The position numbers and the translations under genes were made by a program. Source: a virus (lineage: Duplodnaviria > Caudoviricetes). Taken from it: DNA of 64,000 bases. The DNA lies in the IMG/VR virus record IMGVR_UViG_3300031519_004326, positions 8,380-72,379 of that record. One strand, written 5' to 3'. The notes under the pieces are model-generated. The model was not told the origin of the DNA and did not search any database. It saw nothing but the letters and a program-made list of their open reading frames with translations. How positions within the stretch are numbered: the first letter of the stretch is position 1; each line of letters starts with the position of its first letter. Below are positions 20,301 to 28,638 of this stretch, piece by piece.

Positions 20301-23036
20301 TTTGATGGCAATCAAGAAGGTGCAGGCGAAAACGGTATTACTAGAGCTGTATCATTTAGTCAAATTGTTGACGAAGGCGGAGCACTACAAGATAAAGACT
20401 TTAACAACAGTCAACTAGTAACTATTGCTGGAACGATTATTACTACTACTGGTGAAATTACTTTACCAGACGGTACTAACATTACACAGGTAGGTAATGC
20501 AGGAGCTACAGGTACTGTACAAGGTGACGTTAATACAGAGAACAAAGTAGTATTAGTTAGCGTAAGTGGAACCTTTAATACCACTGGACAACTTCAAATT
20601 GTTAGCGGCAGCGCCCAAGGCGTAGCTAGTGTTCCAACTGGTGTTGTTAGTTCACAAAACTTGTTAGGATCAGCATTAACTAAAATTGCTGACGGTATAT
20701 ACGGCGCAACACCAATAACTAACGTTGGTGCAGATGATAGTCTTGTTAGAACACTACAAACAGGTGATACATATGCTACTATTGATAACAATCTTGATAT
20801 TGGTGGTTGGATTGATGTTAGAGGTTTAATTGTAGACGGTCGACGTGCTGTTGACTTTAACCCAAGTACTTCACAGTTAGAACTTTGGACACCGGGTGAT
20901 CAACTTTCGTTGACATTAGAAGGTTCAACGCCAGGTGCTGGACAATCTGTCAAGCATAACATTAAAGCACCTACATCAAGTTTACAACTTGGTAGTACAA
21001 TAATTGATAAGAGTGAAGTTGACTATGCAGGGTTTGCAAGTGACTTTATGGCTAACAGTGGTATACATAAAGATGAGCCGTATTTAAATACTCCTTGGAT
21101 GTTTACAAATTATATCCAGGCGCCAGGAGACCTAGGCCAAACAGGTACAGGTATTTCAATTGGTGCAGGAGGTAGACATACTGCTGCTGATGAAATTGCA
21201 CTTGTAGTTAACGGTGCAGGGTCTGACAGTGTTCTTATTAAATATGCACAAATTACACTAGGTGTAAACGGTGCGATTCGTCAAACTATTGCAGACGGTA
21301 CAACTACTATTAATAATAGTTTAAATGTTAATAGTGGTGCTAATACTAAGTTTAGTGTTGCTAATGCTACAGGTAATACAAGAGTATACGGTACATTCCG
21401 CGCAGACGGTGCTACTACATTAAACGGCAACGTTACATTAGGTAATGCTGCTTCTGACACTGTAACATTTACAGCTGATGTTGCAAGTAATATGATACCA
21501 AGTGTAAACGATACTTATGATTTAGGTGCTGGTACTATGGCGTGGAAGGATTTATATCTTTCCGAAAGTATAAACTTTAAAGGTGCAACAGGCGAAAACG
21601 AAATTGTAGTTCCAACTAACCTAGCAGATGCATTAAGCATCAAAGATAGTGCAGGCGACTTAATTGTATTAACAACTACAACAAATGGGCAACGTGTAAC
21701 TGTTACACCAAACACTACTATTAGTGGTACACTGGACGTAACCGGCGCAGTAAACTTAAACGCCACTACAGCTAGTTCAAGTACTGCTACTGGTGCATTG
21801 ATTGTAGACGGTGGTGTAGGTATTGCTGAAAACACACATATTGGCGGTACACTGAACGTAACTGGTACAATTACTGGTAGTGTAACTGGCAACATTGATG
21901 GACAAGTAACTGACATATCAAACCACAATACTAGTAACTTATCTGAAGATCCTGATGCAACAGGAGCAACTGGTACAATGTACCATACGACTGCAAGAGC
22001 TAGAGGAGCCATAAGTGCGAGTGGTTCTTTATCATATGTTGCTTCAACTGGAATTATGTCATACACTGAACGTACTGATGCAACCATACGTGGATTGATT
22101 AGTGCAAGTGGTGATATATCATACAACAATACAACTGGTGTTATTAGTTATAGTGACCCAGCACCTAGAACTGATGCTGCCATACGTGGATTGATTAGTG
22201 CAACTGGTGATATTAGTTATGACGAATCCACTGGTGTTATTAGTTACACAGATTCAGATAGAAGTGATGCAACAATTAGAGGTTTGTTGAGTGCTGCAAA
22301 TTCCGGCACCGGATATGGTAGTCTATCATATGCTGCCGCAACTGGTGTGTTTACTTTTGCAAAAGTAACTTCAGCTAATATTAGAGATCAATTTAGTGCT
22401 AGTACAGGTATTGAAATTAGTGCTGCTGGTGCGATATCGGCCACTGGTGCAGGTACAGCAGCTAGTGCATCAGCAATAACTACAACTAATGCTAATGCAG
22501 CCAGTGCAAGTACTTGGTACCCTACATTTGTTGACGGAGCTGGTGCTACTAAAGCAATGCAAGTTGATACTAATGCTGCAACCGGACTAAGTTATGTTCC
22601 TAGTAGTTCGACACTAAAAGCAAGTGTTTTTAGTGGTACAGCATCATCTGCAAATTATGCGGATTTGGCGGAGAAATATGTTGCAGATATTGCATACGAG
22701 CCAGGCACAGTATTAGTATTTGGTGGTGACAACGAAGTTACAATTTGTGCAGAAAAAGGTGATCGTAAGGTTGCTGGTATTGTGTCAACAGATCCAGCTT
22801 ACTTAATGAACAATGCACTAGAAGGTGACACTGTTGTACCATTAGCACTAACAGGGCGTGTGCCGTGTAATGTAATTGGTACAGTTGCTAAAGGCGATAT
22901 GCTTGTAACTAGTGCTGTTCCAGGATATGCTATTGTAAATAATGATCCTAAACTAGGTACAGTACTTGGTAAAGCAGTAGGCACAAAAGATACCGAAGGC
23001 AGAGGTGTTGTTGAAGTCGTTGTAGGGCGTATGTAA
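11343..23036 (+). CDS. giant (3897 aa) baseplate-anchored tail fibre/structural protein
   Basis: N-terminal INIG..NDGTGDSIRESFRKTNENF (T4 gp9/gp10-like), beta-helix-like FVSTSGDD...VGDEMRRSIIRP, repeated GxxITQ modules, C-terminal NYADLAEKY...GRVPC chaperone-like domain. Confidence 0.85.
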   Translation: MAKKEINIGVEGNDGTGDSIRESFRKTNENFNELYAVIGEGGQIGLTDLSGVAIDSFENFPSTDSAPVLAGINNDTQGSQLEFFRLVSDNFVDPAIDDSIAFDVSRTDTDGRPVIVVKSVKSSVSSDPNPTLAGNLNLSGKIAYNTASSALWKQLAEDDGFTEDDVLIDKAFADATYLKSTGSGTGSQLRVRTEGDVNIEDYAYTIASYDASGRIVINDRYQSGVLIVGDGHGLDTAANGAPFAYSTTGTSAVDTSISPSRTLNDITEFPESKFFIRVVDSTTLSLHITEADAKAGANVLNAAGGSGVQALTDFFYQPDDLSGKFLANEAIPRQSAVRRQGDQMDGALYLKDHPGELAGVGTPNGLEDLQAATKFYVDNTSFASNINIFVSTSGDDTQASTPAGKEGRSLAYAYKSVNAAARKAEEIVIASRVEPGPYMQTIKYGVNDASLVPAKVYSAVFDAALKADYGAQTEKFNLLINQNLDFVVAETIDWVTAQITAANADITLTPDDDEYIWKNFAYNEETCARDLRLIIGAVRLDTLSGLTANKLSRNAGIRYYSNSSGRLAVTAQLPQTVATINKAKELVTSYVLTNDAYPNPLNSDFSQYFDVGLVDAPSAAVDRFESLVGNIVSIMTNGLPAYDAIDLNEGAPYVIKITNGGNDSVWQGKASNTDLIPGKVITGSRSGAIGRIVSYDRDQNDGTNTDVIELILEEPIEFLIDNAGRDIQNTEVANALGDVLEYGNRVSEKQIAIKIESGIYYEDYPIKVSSQVSIVGDEMRRSIIRPKNRVSQSKWADTYFYRDKYFDGLTLHNNTVTYENEATLSLAGGVLNAYIGDILTQANSFSYNEAKCRRDLDYILTQAGFDITLGTNYNAVTQGLAYQRASGAVVQASQLSQELAAVGFAGNLVAQLTEVADNSTTLSRSSAYFAEVLDIIENGTVDTENSANSLIFPDDASFDSNLVAARDKLQANRAFLKAEVIAHITNNTSPPAGWDTSLLNLHVGFWTDALTYDVLYGGNDASTTQARLYFTGGAPTGGTINLSAAQQTVVVGAVNHLQSIISNIVTGVAITKATGNSASQITSGSNASASQGSTINANLAIIKTAVSGQSDSTLGTPTLPSVTFAAQSLRDAKGDIEANLLSGDAAVNIVDRTIEFIDSNSGIRATVLENVTNATSVAIRYSDGYNPAGADVSASSQFNFNDDVVLNGVTQTSLKVTSQDTTRTIDFDMGWHYASDSTKPINTSSATSINNIGLRDQAAELMRQNKINIQDEVYSWMDEQATAAQATGFGTWAQVTLELAGTVAVVKGETITQTTTGASGVVKEAPINAGGQTTVILVSPSSAFSLANAMTGSVSGTLGVGSVPVSATVGKFTFTTKCYRDIGYIVDALANDLLKGRNEDSMEVQGLYYEGAVETGQEEITTQAISHIKSIAESLLNIAAPQAPAGSTLTWKLGYPAAEAGASGVVTNLIDTIVYAFNPEYNAPKNNREMDVFLMNDATIIRNCTVQGHGGFMTVLDPNGQILTKSPYIQTGSSFAQSANKQAFRGGMFVDGFNGNMPLEIVEVKNGDPFRLYARSKRSQVQVNGVGVGHGLFTRRPELPAPFYVNGVRYQVNAISAYNSTLGTCELILDKNSGTKDGNENGEGWLGPVTNYTLVGGVRTPVYGPATNYPTILQTAGNRSQLGNDFTQINDLGYGLLVTNTGLSEMVGMFTYYCHAAYYANNGSEIRSVGGSNAYGNFGLVAAGSDPNEVAQTGTLAYNTAQTAKVYRNDGGQFYAEAEQNYVYVYDTDFTPLPEGEIDITFTNRKALISFTGTNTVNLTGHGYKTGQKITISDTAGVTGLNDDHYITAVDANSFTLFSDAALSSARSFTGSLSTLGTAYPADEEGTDIRKFEVVNVIPAVIEDGIPAVNQQEFTLSSGITAYYGDTVTQQTSGAVGTVVRPQRTADVDGNVVGGTTLFVTQPDGATAFNTTNAIKVTDVYEGTDSTEFTDAVTISTIDSTADTSGLPLKGGNGAVWKLTFSNQTTDNTSATGGLLYKLYGGERVVVRQRAKLTLENIESVPIRPSTAVVFAESSKVYRSLNFDRATISNWNSTADAEMPAGFNTLTFDNNYQYILSTVSYDRYSANVLLELGAAVSVTKGDIITQGSASGVATETVVGTTTIYVGGWNGTSYTAVSGGDISIAGVAAAGSQPSAVTEFSASSTFGSTAGDTLIAITSPITDPDGLNRLKNADMIFGWKDRVHVIKAYHDGAGTATGAPAGSSLVTGFAYLEIDSTPLVNKNTQSSPTPPGTGIARPLRLGGEIGQVVLSIGTQSGESAEITVNISLNRATGHDFSNIGTGGFNTSNYPNIIFGQPAESKAEAYTNEDIAEKSQVWEKGKGRVFVMSTDEDGFFRVGKFFEVDQGTGTVKFAAQINISGLDGLGFRDGETINKFTGDSGMSPIDNSTVPTSYAVEQYLDRRLGFDRNMNAKTAILGDGFLPQKNPLLTQTLDVNGNPDHTLNMVSGRVVQLGDPVQDLDAANKQYVDKRVFANDEIQELRDIELNNTSFENEYGKNDMIVLTGNKRVYVKQTTGNPDDWRVGNLVTGVATDTAAYIEDLEAKTLDNGEEIWILSYKPLQITSVTTSGNNGNLDAQRGYKLVQLNSGATGEILWSQGQSSTNESRSKTQGNQFKLINVTGTFTTNTADTLSVLNLVNADATETASIYPLAVTVQGLQDFDNEKIEDTNGAYGDTTGGFDGAPVTTTLEFGNASEANSTADDGAPGTATRSDINIEVERVRATQNNTTGDITDPGSVKVNLQLQDEAIVNTDVNNSADIAQSKLLMNNAPVLANSDSLDDGSTSGQRTKQANQGLAAFDSSAFAEDQVWTLIGTDAQAFVSALSVDDIITQNSGTKVAYVDAIINSSNPYQIRVRTASSFVIGNAGVNRLTRITVNEGDYTKNAAAQSLTTVSAVLNTGFINIKDRGITFDKIQDLPEKTVIGRADIDFDGNQEGAGENGITRAVSFSQIVDEGGALQDKDFNNSQLVTIAGTIITTTGEITLPDGTNITQVGNAGATGTVQGDVNTENKVVLVSVSGTFNTTGQLQIVSGSAQGVASVPTGVVSSQNLLGSALTKIADGIYGATPITNVGADDSLVRTLQTGDTYATIDNNLDIGGWIDVRGLIVDGRRAVDFNPSTSQLELWTPGDQLSLTLEGSTPGAGQSVKHNIKAPTSSLQLGSTIIDKSEVDYAGFASDFMANSGIHKDEPYLNTPWMFTNYIQAPGDLGQTGTGISIGAGGRHTAADEIALVVNGAGSDSVLIKYAQITLGVNGAIRQTIADGTTTINNSLNVNSGANTKFSVANATGNTRVYGTFRADGATTLNGNVTLGNAASDTVTFTADVASNMIPSVNDTYDLGAGTMAWKDLYLSESINFKGATGENEIVVPTNLADALSIKDSAGDLIVLTTTTNGQRVTVTPNTTISGTLDVTGAVNLNATTASSSTATGALIVDGGVGIAENTHIGGTLNVTGTITGSVTGNIDGQVTDISNHNTSNLSEDPDATGATGTMYHTTARARGAISASGSLSYVASTGIMSYTERTDATIRGLISASGDISYNNTTGVISYSDPAPRTDAAIRGLISATGDISYDESTGVISYTDSDRSDATIRGLLSAANSGTGYGSLSYAAATGVFTFAKVTSANIRDQFSASTGIEISAAGAISATGAGTAASASAITTTNANAASASTWYPTFVDGAGATKAMQVDTNAATGLSYVPSSSTLKASVFSGTASSANYADLAEKYVADIAYEPGTVLVFGGDNEVTICAEKGDRKVAGIVSTDPAYLMNNALEGDTVVPLALTGRVPCNVIGTVAKGDMLVTSAVPGYAIVNNDPKLGTVLGKAVGTKDTEGRGVVEVVVGRM
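22071..22293 (+). repeat. intragenic tandem repeats encoding R(T/S)DA(T/A)IRGL(I/L)SA
   Basis: Identical 24-mer ccatacgtggattgattagtgcaa at 22084 and 22180 (96-nt period); degenerate third copy near 22260. Confidence 0.85.
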
Positions 23037-23061
23037 TAAATACAGTATAGGAGACAAGTAT

Positions 23062-23787
23062 ATGGCGATTCAAACAATAAACCTTGGCAGTGTAGCAAAC
23101 GACGGCACAGGTGATGATCTAAGAGAAGCGTTTGAAAAGATAGTTTTTAATTTTGACGACCTTGACAATCGTACACCTGAAGCAACTACAGTAGTTAATT
23201 TAGGAACTGGTGAGGGGCTGTTTTCAAACAAAAGTGATGCAGAACTAAGATTCAAATCATTAGTAGGCGGAAACAATGTTACCCTTTCGTCTGATACAAA
23301 CGAACTCACTGTTAACGTTGATGCTGGGGTTACTCAGTTTGATGTTGCAGCTGATACTGGTAGTGTCACTATTACAGAAAATGCTACACTAACTATAGCC
23401 GGCGGAACCCTTATAAGCACATCTAGAGCTGGTAATATTATTACTGTAAACTCTAGTGCGTTAAGTAAGGTTGAAGACGACCCTGCACCAAAGTTAGCAG
23501 CAGGATTAAATGCTGATGGAAACAATTTGGGCAACGTTGGATTAATAAATGCAACAACAGTAACAGCAAATTTTAACGGAAACCTTACAGGAAATGTACA
23601 CGGTATTGACGTACGAGATCTTAATTATTATAGGCAGAGCGAAAATAGTTGGGACTTTAGCAGCATTGCACCTGTAGCAGTAACAACGTTATGGGACTTC
23701 TTATTTGCTACTAATGACGTTGATTTTGGCAGCATTGCCGGTAATAACCTTAATGTAAGTTTAGATCTTGGCACTATCAACATCTAA
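23062..23787 (+). CDS. baseplate protein, T4 gp9/gp10-like N-terminus
   Basis: MAIQTINLGSVANDGTGDDLREAFEKI; DPAPKLAAGLNA motif also present in the giant fibre. Confidence 0.75.
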   Translation: MAIQTINLGSVANDGTGDDLREAFEKIVFNFDDLDNRTPEATTVVNLGTGEGLFSNKSDAELRFKSLVGGNNVTLSSDTNELTVNVDAGVTQFDVAADTGSVTITENATLTIAGGTLISTSRAGNIITVNSSALSKVEDDPAPKLAAGLNADGNNLGNVGLINATTVTANFNGNLTGNVHGIDVRDLNYYRQSENSWDFSSIAPVAVTTLWDFLFATNDVDFGSIAGNNLNVSLDLGTINI

Positions 23788-23824
23788 TTTTTCGATAAAT
23801 ATTGCTATATAAAGGAATTCGTGT

Positions 23825-26770
23825 ATGGCATTATGGACCGCATCTAATAACTTACTACTTCGACAAATTGAAGAAGGTAAAACTCTTAGAGAACCAACCG
23901 AAGGTGAATCTCGAGCAGCCAATCTTCAACCAATTGATCTCGATGTTGTATCAGGCTCCGCTTTAAAAATAATTGGCGGTACGCTTCCTCCTGGGTTAAG
24001 GATTGTAGATCAAAAAATACAAGGAACACCTTTTGAGGTTGCACGAGAAACAGAATTTAAATTCGTAGTTAGGGCAAGCAAAGATAGCGAAATAGATGAT
24101 CGAACATTTAGAATAAATGTTGTTGGTGCAGATTTACCTGTATGGGGAACAAGTGCTGGTTCATTGCCAATCGGTAAGAACAACACATACTACATACTTG
24201 ATAACAGTCCTATAGATTTTCAGTTAATTGCAACTGACAGTGACATTGCAGCAGGACAAACATTAGAATATTTTGTTGCAAGCGGCGACGGTGAACTTCC
24301 GCCAGGAATACAACTTACCCGAGACGGACGAATAGTAGGTGTTGTAGATCCTGTTCTTGCAATTGATACACTTGCAAATAGCGGATACTATGATTCAAAT
24401 TCTTACGGTGAATATCCTTTTGATTTTGGTGTAAGAAGTGCTAATGGGTACGACAGCTTTTTTTACGATATTAAATTTTATGACAAAAGTATTGCTACTA
24501 AATCACCTAAGAAATTAAACAGAAACTATCAATTCCGTGTTAGTGTCAGCGACGGTGATACAATTGAGAAAAGATTATTTAGAATATTTGTTGTGGGGGA
24601 TGACTTCCTACGTGCAGATAATACTATTATGCAATCAGGCAATACGTTGTTTGGTGCTGACGCTTCTCATATTAGAACTCCAATATGGTTAACACCTGCA
24701 GATTTAGGATACAGACGAGCTGACAACTATGTTACTTTATATATGGACATAATTGATGCTTCTGATATTGTAGGATTTGTAAATTATACCCTTGAAGATT
24801 TTAATGATGACGGTAGTGAAAGTATTATACCTCCAGGAATAGAACTAGATTCCGGAAGTGGCGAATTAGCTGGCGTTGTACCATATCAGCCTAGTGTTAC
24901 TAAAGAATATAAGTTTACTGTACGTGCTACTCGATACGTAGGTCCTGCTACTAATACTGCACAGATTAATTTTACAACATACGAAGAAACATTTGCTCAA
25001 ACAAGAACACCGGCTGTTAAAATAATAAGAAACAACTTGTACGAGATTTTAACTGTTGAAAATACAGACTTTACAACAATAGGTGCTCCTAATAATACTG
25101 TTGGAACACAATTTAGAGCATCGGGTGCAACTTCAGGAAAAGGTACTGTTAAACAAGCATCAGGCCCATACAAGTTAAAAATTAATAAAAAATCTAATAT
25201 TGAAGTATTGCTAGACCAAACCTTTAATATTAAAGGTACTATTTTTAAAATTACAACAATTAATAATAAAAATCCATTATACGATGTACTAACACTTTCT
25301 AAGCCTTTAGATGCATATCTAAAGAAAGATGAAACGTTTACTAAAACAATAGTAACTGCAACAGTAGACACAAACTCTGCATTTAAAAATAAAACATTCA
25401 CTGTTAAACTGCTAGGCAAGATTGACTCACGTATTGTTTGGCAAAGCGTTAAAGCACTAGGTACAATTAATGCAAACTTAACTAGTACACTTAATGTCCG
25501 GGCAACTACTAGCGTTCCTAATGCTGTTGTAAGATATAGTAAAATTAGTGGAAGATTGCCAAATGGGTTACGTATATCAATTGATGGTGAGATCTCTGGC
25601 AAGGTACAACAGTTTGGCGAAAACGTATATAAAAGTTTTTGGAAACCTGCTAGAAATTATGTAGCAAATGACATTGTAAAAGTTAATACAACTTTATATA
25701 AATGCTTAATTGCTCATACGTCAGATGCTGACTTTGTTACTGATACAGCCAAGTGGGAAGTGTACGAAGCATTTGCAGTATCTGGGCTAACAACATTTGA
25801 CGGGAATGATAATATTCTTGATTCCGGCACAACTTCAATTGACAAAACATACACGTTTACTGTTCAAGCAGAAGATCAGTTTGGCTTTAGTGCTACTACT
25901 AAGTCGTTTACTATAGCAATTAACGATCCAAACGAATTAACATTTAGTAACATTTATATTAAACCATTTTTAGGTGCATCGCAACAATTTATATACAATA
26001 GTTTTATTAGTGATCCTATTGTGTTTACTCCGTCTTCAATCTATCGACCAAACGATACAGAATTTGGTTTACAGAAAGATTTACGGATGTTAATGTATGC
26101 AGGTATTGAAAATGTTGAAATGGATAAATTTGTTGGTGCTGCTGCAAAAAATCATCGTAAAAAACAGTTTCAATTTGGTGAAGTAAAAACAGCAGTAGCA
26201 TACGCTCCGGGTACACGAGATGCAGTATACGAAGTAGTATATGTTGATATCATTGATCCACTAGACAGTAATAGCGGCACTGTTAAACAAAGTATTAATG
26301 TAAAAACAAATAACAAACGTCTTATAAACAATGGTAGTTACGAAGAAAATGATAATACTTCAACTACTATAAACCAAGAGCCGGATAGGTTTCGACCAAT
26401 TACAAATACACTAAAAATTGACAGTGATGCCATAAGCATTGACGAATCTACGCAAACTAAAAAATATATTAGTAATATTACTAATATGCGAGATAGAATT
26501 GCTCAAGTCGGAGTAACCGATAATAACTTTTTACCACTGTGGATGCGTACACCGCAGTTAAATAACATCGAAGAACTAGGGTATATTCCTTGTGTTGTTC
26601 TTGCATATTGTAAGCCCGGCACATCGAGAGATATATTCTTAAATATAAAAAATAATAATTTTATATTTAATTCAATCAATTTTGAAATAGATAGATACAT
26701 TATAGACAGCACTAAAGGTAAGAGCAATGAGCAGTACATTGTTTTCGCAAATTATGATTTTAATATTTGA
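23825..26770 (+). CDS. baseplate wedge/structural protein with Ig-like repeats
   Basis: Repeated GxLPPG(L/I)xL...G and Y/F-x-F-T-V-x-A modules; a carbohydrate-binding-like WKPARNYVANDIV segment; late motif upstream. Confidence 0.7.
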   Translation: MALWTASNNLLLRQIEEGKTLREPTEGESRAANLQPIDLDVVSGSALKIIGGTLPPGLRIVDQKIQGTPFEVARETEFKFVVRASKDSEIDDRTFRINVVGADLPVWGTSAGSLPIGKNNTYYILDNSPIDFQLIATDSDIAAGQTLEYFVASGDGELPPGIQLTRDGRIVGVVDPVLAIDTLANSGYYDSNSYGEYPFDFGVRSANGYDSFFYDIKFYDKSIATKSPKKLNRNYQFRVSVSDGDTIEKRLFRIFVVGDDFLRADNTIMQSGNTLFGADASHIRTPIWLTPADLGYRRADNYVTLYMDIIDASDIVGFVNYTLEDFNDDGSESIIPPGIELDSGSGELAGVVPYQPSVTKEYKFTVRATRYVGPATNTAQINFTTYEETFAQTRTPAVKIIRNNLYEILTVENTDFTTIGAPNNTVGTQFRASGATSGKGTVKQASGPYKLKINKKSNIEVLLDQTFNIKGTIFKITTINNKNPLYDVLTLSKPLDAYLKKDETFTKTIVTATVDTNSAFKNKTFTVKLLGKIDSRIVWQSVKALGTINANLTSTLNVRATTSVPNAVVRYSKISGRLPNGLRISIDGEISGKVQQFGENVYKSFWKPARNYVANDIVKVNTTLYKCLIAHTSDADFVTDTAKWEVYEAFAVSGLTTFDGNDNILDSGTTSIDKTYTFTVQAEDQFGFSATTKSFTIAINDPNELTFSNIYIKPFLGASQQFIYNSFISDPIVFTPSSIYRPNDTEFGLQKDLRMLMYAGIENVEMDKFVGAAAKNHRKKQFQFGEVKTAVAYAPGTRDAVYEVVYVDIIDPLDSNSGTVKQSINVKTNNKRLINNGSYEENDNTSTTINQEPDRFRPITNTLKIDSDAISIDESTQTKKYISNITNMRDRIAQVGVTDNNFLPLWMRTPQLNNIEELGYIPCVVLAYCKPGTSRDIFLNIKNNNFIFNSINFEIDRYIIDSTKGKSNEQYIVFANYDFNI

Positions 26771-26801
26771 TAACATAAATACTGTACTAGGAGAATAAAC
26801 A

Positions 26802-27422
26802 ATGTCAGCCATACCAGGAAATAATATAGTAAACGTTGCAGATTTGGACACAGCTTTCCCTGTTCCGGGGCAAGACAACGATTCGCAAGGTTTTAGAGAT
26901 AACTTTACAGTAATTGATAATAACTTTACATCAACAAAAGCAAGACTTGAAGATTTAGAAGCAAATGCAGTACGTGTTGATTCAACAGGTGCTGGCACTT
27001 ATGCAACCACAAACGTGTTTGAAGACCTAAGTAGCGGCGGAACTGCAAGACTCACTAAGCCTACACTACAGGCTCAGAGAGAAGTTGTAAAATCTTATTC
27101 TAGTGTAACCGGAACACAAATTGTAGATTTTGACGAAGGTAACTTCCATACTATTGCAATGACTGGTAATACTACACTTAACTTTAGTAATGTTCCAGAT
27201 AGCGGATATTACGGGAAATTTATATTACACATTACTTCAACTGGCACTAATAACTTAGAGTTTAGTAGTAGTCTTACACTACGAGTATTACAAGATAGCG
27301 CATCCCCGGCATTCTTTAACGGTACTACTCCTATCGCTCAAGGCGAAATGCACGTTGTAGAAATTTATACATATACAGGCAGTACTGAATACTTTGGTAG
27401 ATATATTGGTCAATACTCGTAA
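26802..27422 (+). CDS. virion structural protein
   Basis: FPVPGQDNDSQGFRDNF N-terminus, beta-sandwich C-terminus; late motif and AGGAG. Confidence 0.65.
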   Translation: MSAIPGNNIVNVADLDTAFPVPGQDNDSQGFRDNFTVIDNNFTSTKARLEDLEANAVRVDSTGAGTYATTNVFEDLSSGGTARLTKPTLQAQREVVKSYSSVTGTQIVDFDEGNFHTIAMTGNTTLNFSNVPDSGYYGKFILHITSTGTNNLEFSSSLTLRVLQDSASPAFFNGTTPIAQGEMHVVEIYTYTGSTEYFGRYIGQYS

Positions 27423-27655
27423 TGCACCCATTATTTGAAGATACAACTGAACTATCTGACAATGACCTAGAAGAAAAAGTTATTGATTTAACTAAACGTT
27501 ATTGGCAAACTTCTAATCCGCAAGCACAACAACAAATAACATTACTGATTGATAGCTATAGACTTGATTTAGAAACAAGAAGATCTCGTCAAAAACTTGC
27601 AAATGAAGCAATAAATAGTCAATCAGAGCTTGACAAACTAATCAAAGTACGTTAA
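27422..27655 (+). CDS. hypothetical protein
   Basis: 77 aa helical ORF coupled to the previous gene. Confidence 0.7.
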   Translation: MHPLFEDTTELSDNDLEEKVIDLTKRYWQTSNPQAQQQITLLIDSYRLDLETRRSRQKLANEAINSQSELDKLIKVR

Positions 27656-27658
27656 ACT
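27630..27658 (+). promoter_or_regulatory. probable sigma70-type promoter
   Basis: TTGACA (27630-27635), 17 nt, TAAACT. Confidence 0.55.
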
Positions 27659-27664
27659 ATATGT

Positions 27665-28186
27665 ATGCTTATGAAAACAGACTCTCTAGGAATACCACGA
27701 TTTACAAATAAAGACTTAGTTGATATGATCTATTCAGGTCACGTTGACAAATGTCACGTTGTATTGTGTGATCCTTCAGATGATATTGATAAGTTTAACG
27801 CAGCAATGCGTGAACAATACCTCCCCGAGCTTAAACAGTATATTCCAATAGATGTAGAACAGAAAGACTTTGACAATGCGTTACAGTCTGAATGGTTTAT
27901 GCCTGATGAATATAAAACCCTTAGTGTAAATGAACTTGTGTTTGATCGCTGTAATACTCCAGAAGAACAAGAACGAGCTTATGAAGAATTACAAGAGTTT
28001 GGAAAGCGCGGTATGTACAATCTATTACGTTATATGATCTATCTTGTAGACTTTATGCGTAAAAATAATATTGTATGGGGTGTAGGTAGAGGTTCAAGTG
28101 TAGCATCATATGTGCTATACTTAATAGGCGTACACAGAATTGATTCAATCCAGTATGACCTGGACTGGAGAGAGTTCTTGAGATAA
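27665..28186 (+). CDS. stand-alone fragment of DNA polymerase III alpha (DnaE) palm region
   Basis: ERAYEEL...YLVDFMRKNNIVWGVGRGSSVASYVLYLIGVHRIDSIQYDLDWREFLR matches the DnaE GxGRGS...ID....L.FERFL region; no PDIDxD. Confidence 0.8.
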   Translation: MLMKTDSLGIPRFTNKDLVDMIYSGHVDKCHVVLCDPSDDIDKFNAAMREQYLPELKQYIPIDVEQKDFDNALQSEWFMPDEYKTLSVNELVFDRCNTPEEQERAYEELQEFGKRGMYNLLRYMIYLVDFMRKNNIVWGVGRGSSVASYVLYLIGVHRIDSIQYDLDWREFLR

Positions 28187-28215
28187 ATACGTATATAATT
28201 CATAGGAGAATTAAA

Positions 28216-28638
28216 ATGGCACTTAAAAATAATGCAAGACAAACTTATAGAACTATGCGAGGAAAAACTGTTGATATGGATTTGTTACAACAACGTAACG
28301 AATTAACTCCAGCAGTTGGCAATGCTCGTGTAAACGCACGTGGCGACGAATTAGGTCCTGGTGGGAAAATTATTCGAAAGAAAGAAGATATCCTTAACGA
28401 CTATTATGAAAATTCTGATCGTTTACCTGATGTACCGATGCCTACTAAGGCAGCAGACGCAGCAGTAAAAACAGATCCAGAGTCTAGTAAAGCAGCACCT
28501 AAAGGAAAATCCAGAGCTCAACAAAAAGTTGAAGCAAAAGGTATTGAAGAAGATCCTAAAATGGCTGCTGAATTTGGCGACGATGACGAATGGGTTGAAG
28601 ACGACAGCGGGAATTTTGTACCAAAAAGCGAGGCGTAA
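28216..28638 (+). CDS. hypothetical phage protein
   Basis: AGGAGA RBS, late motif; AVGNARVNARGDELGPGG. Confidence 0.75.
   Translation: MALKNNARQTYRTMRGKTVDMDLLQQRNELTPAVGNARVNARGDELGPGGKIIRKKEDILNDYYENSDRLPDVPMPTKAADAAVKTDPESSKAAPKGKSRAQQKVEAKGIEEDPKMAAEFGDDDEWVEDDSGNFVPKSEA

Noticed and set aside
21500-23800. Diversity-generating retroelement at the fibre C-terminus
   Set aside because: No reverse transcriptase and no template/variable repeat pair differing at adenines; the repeats present are in-frame tandem coding repeats.
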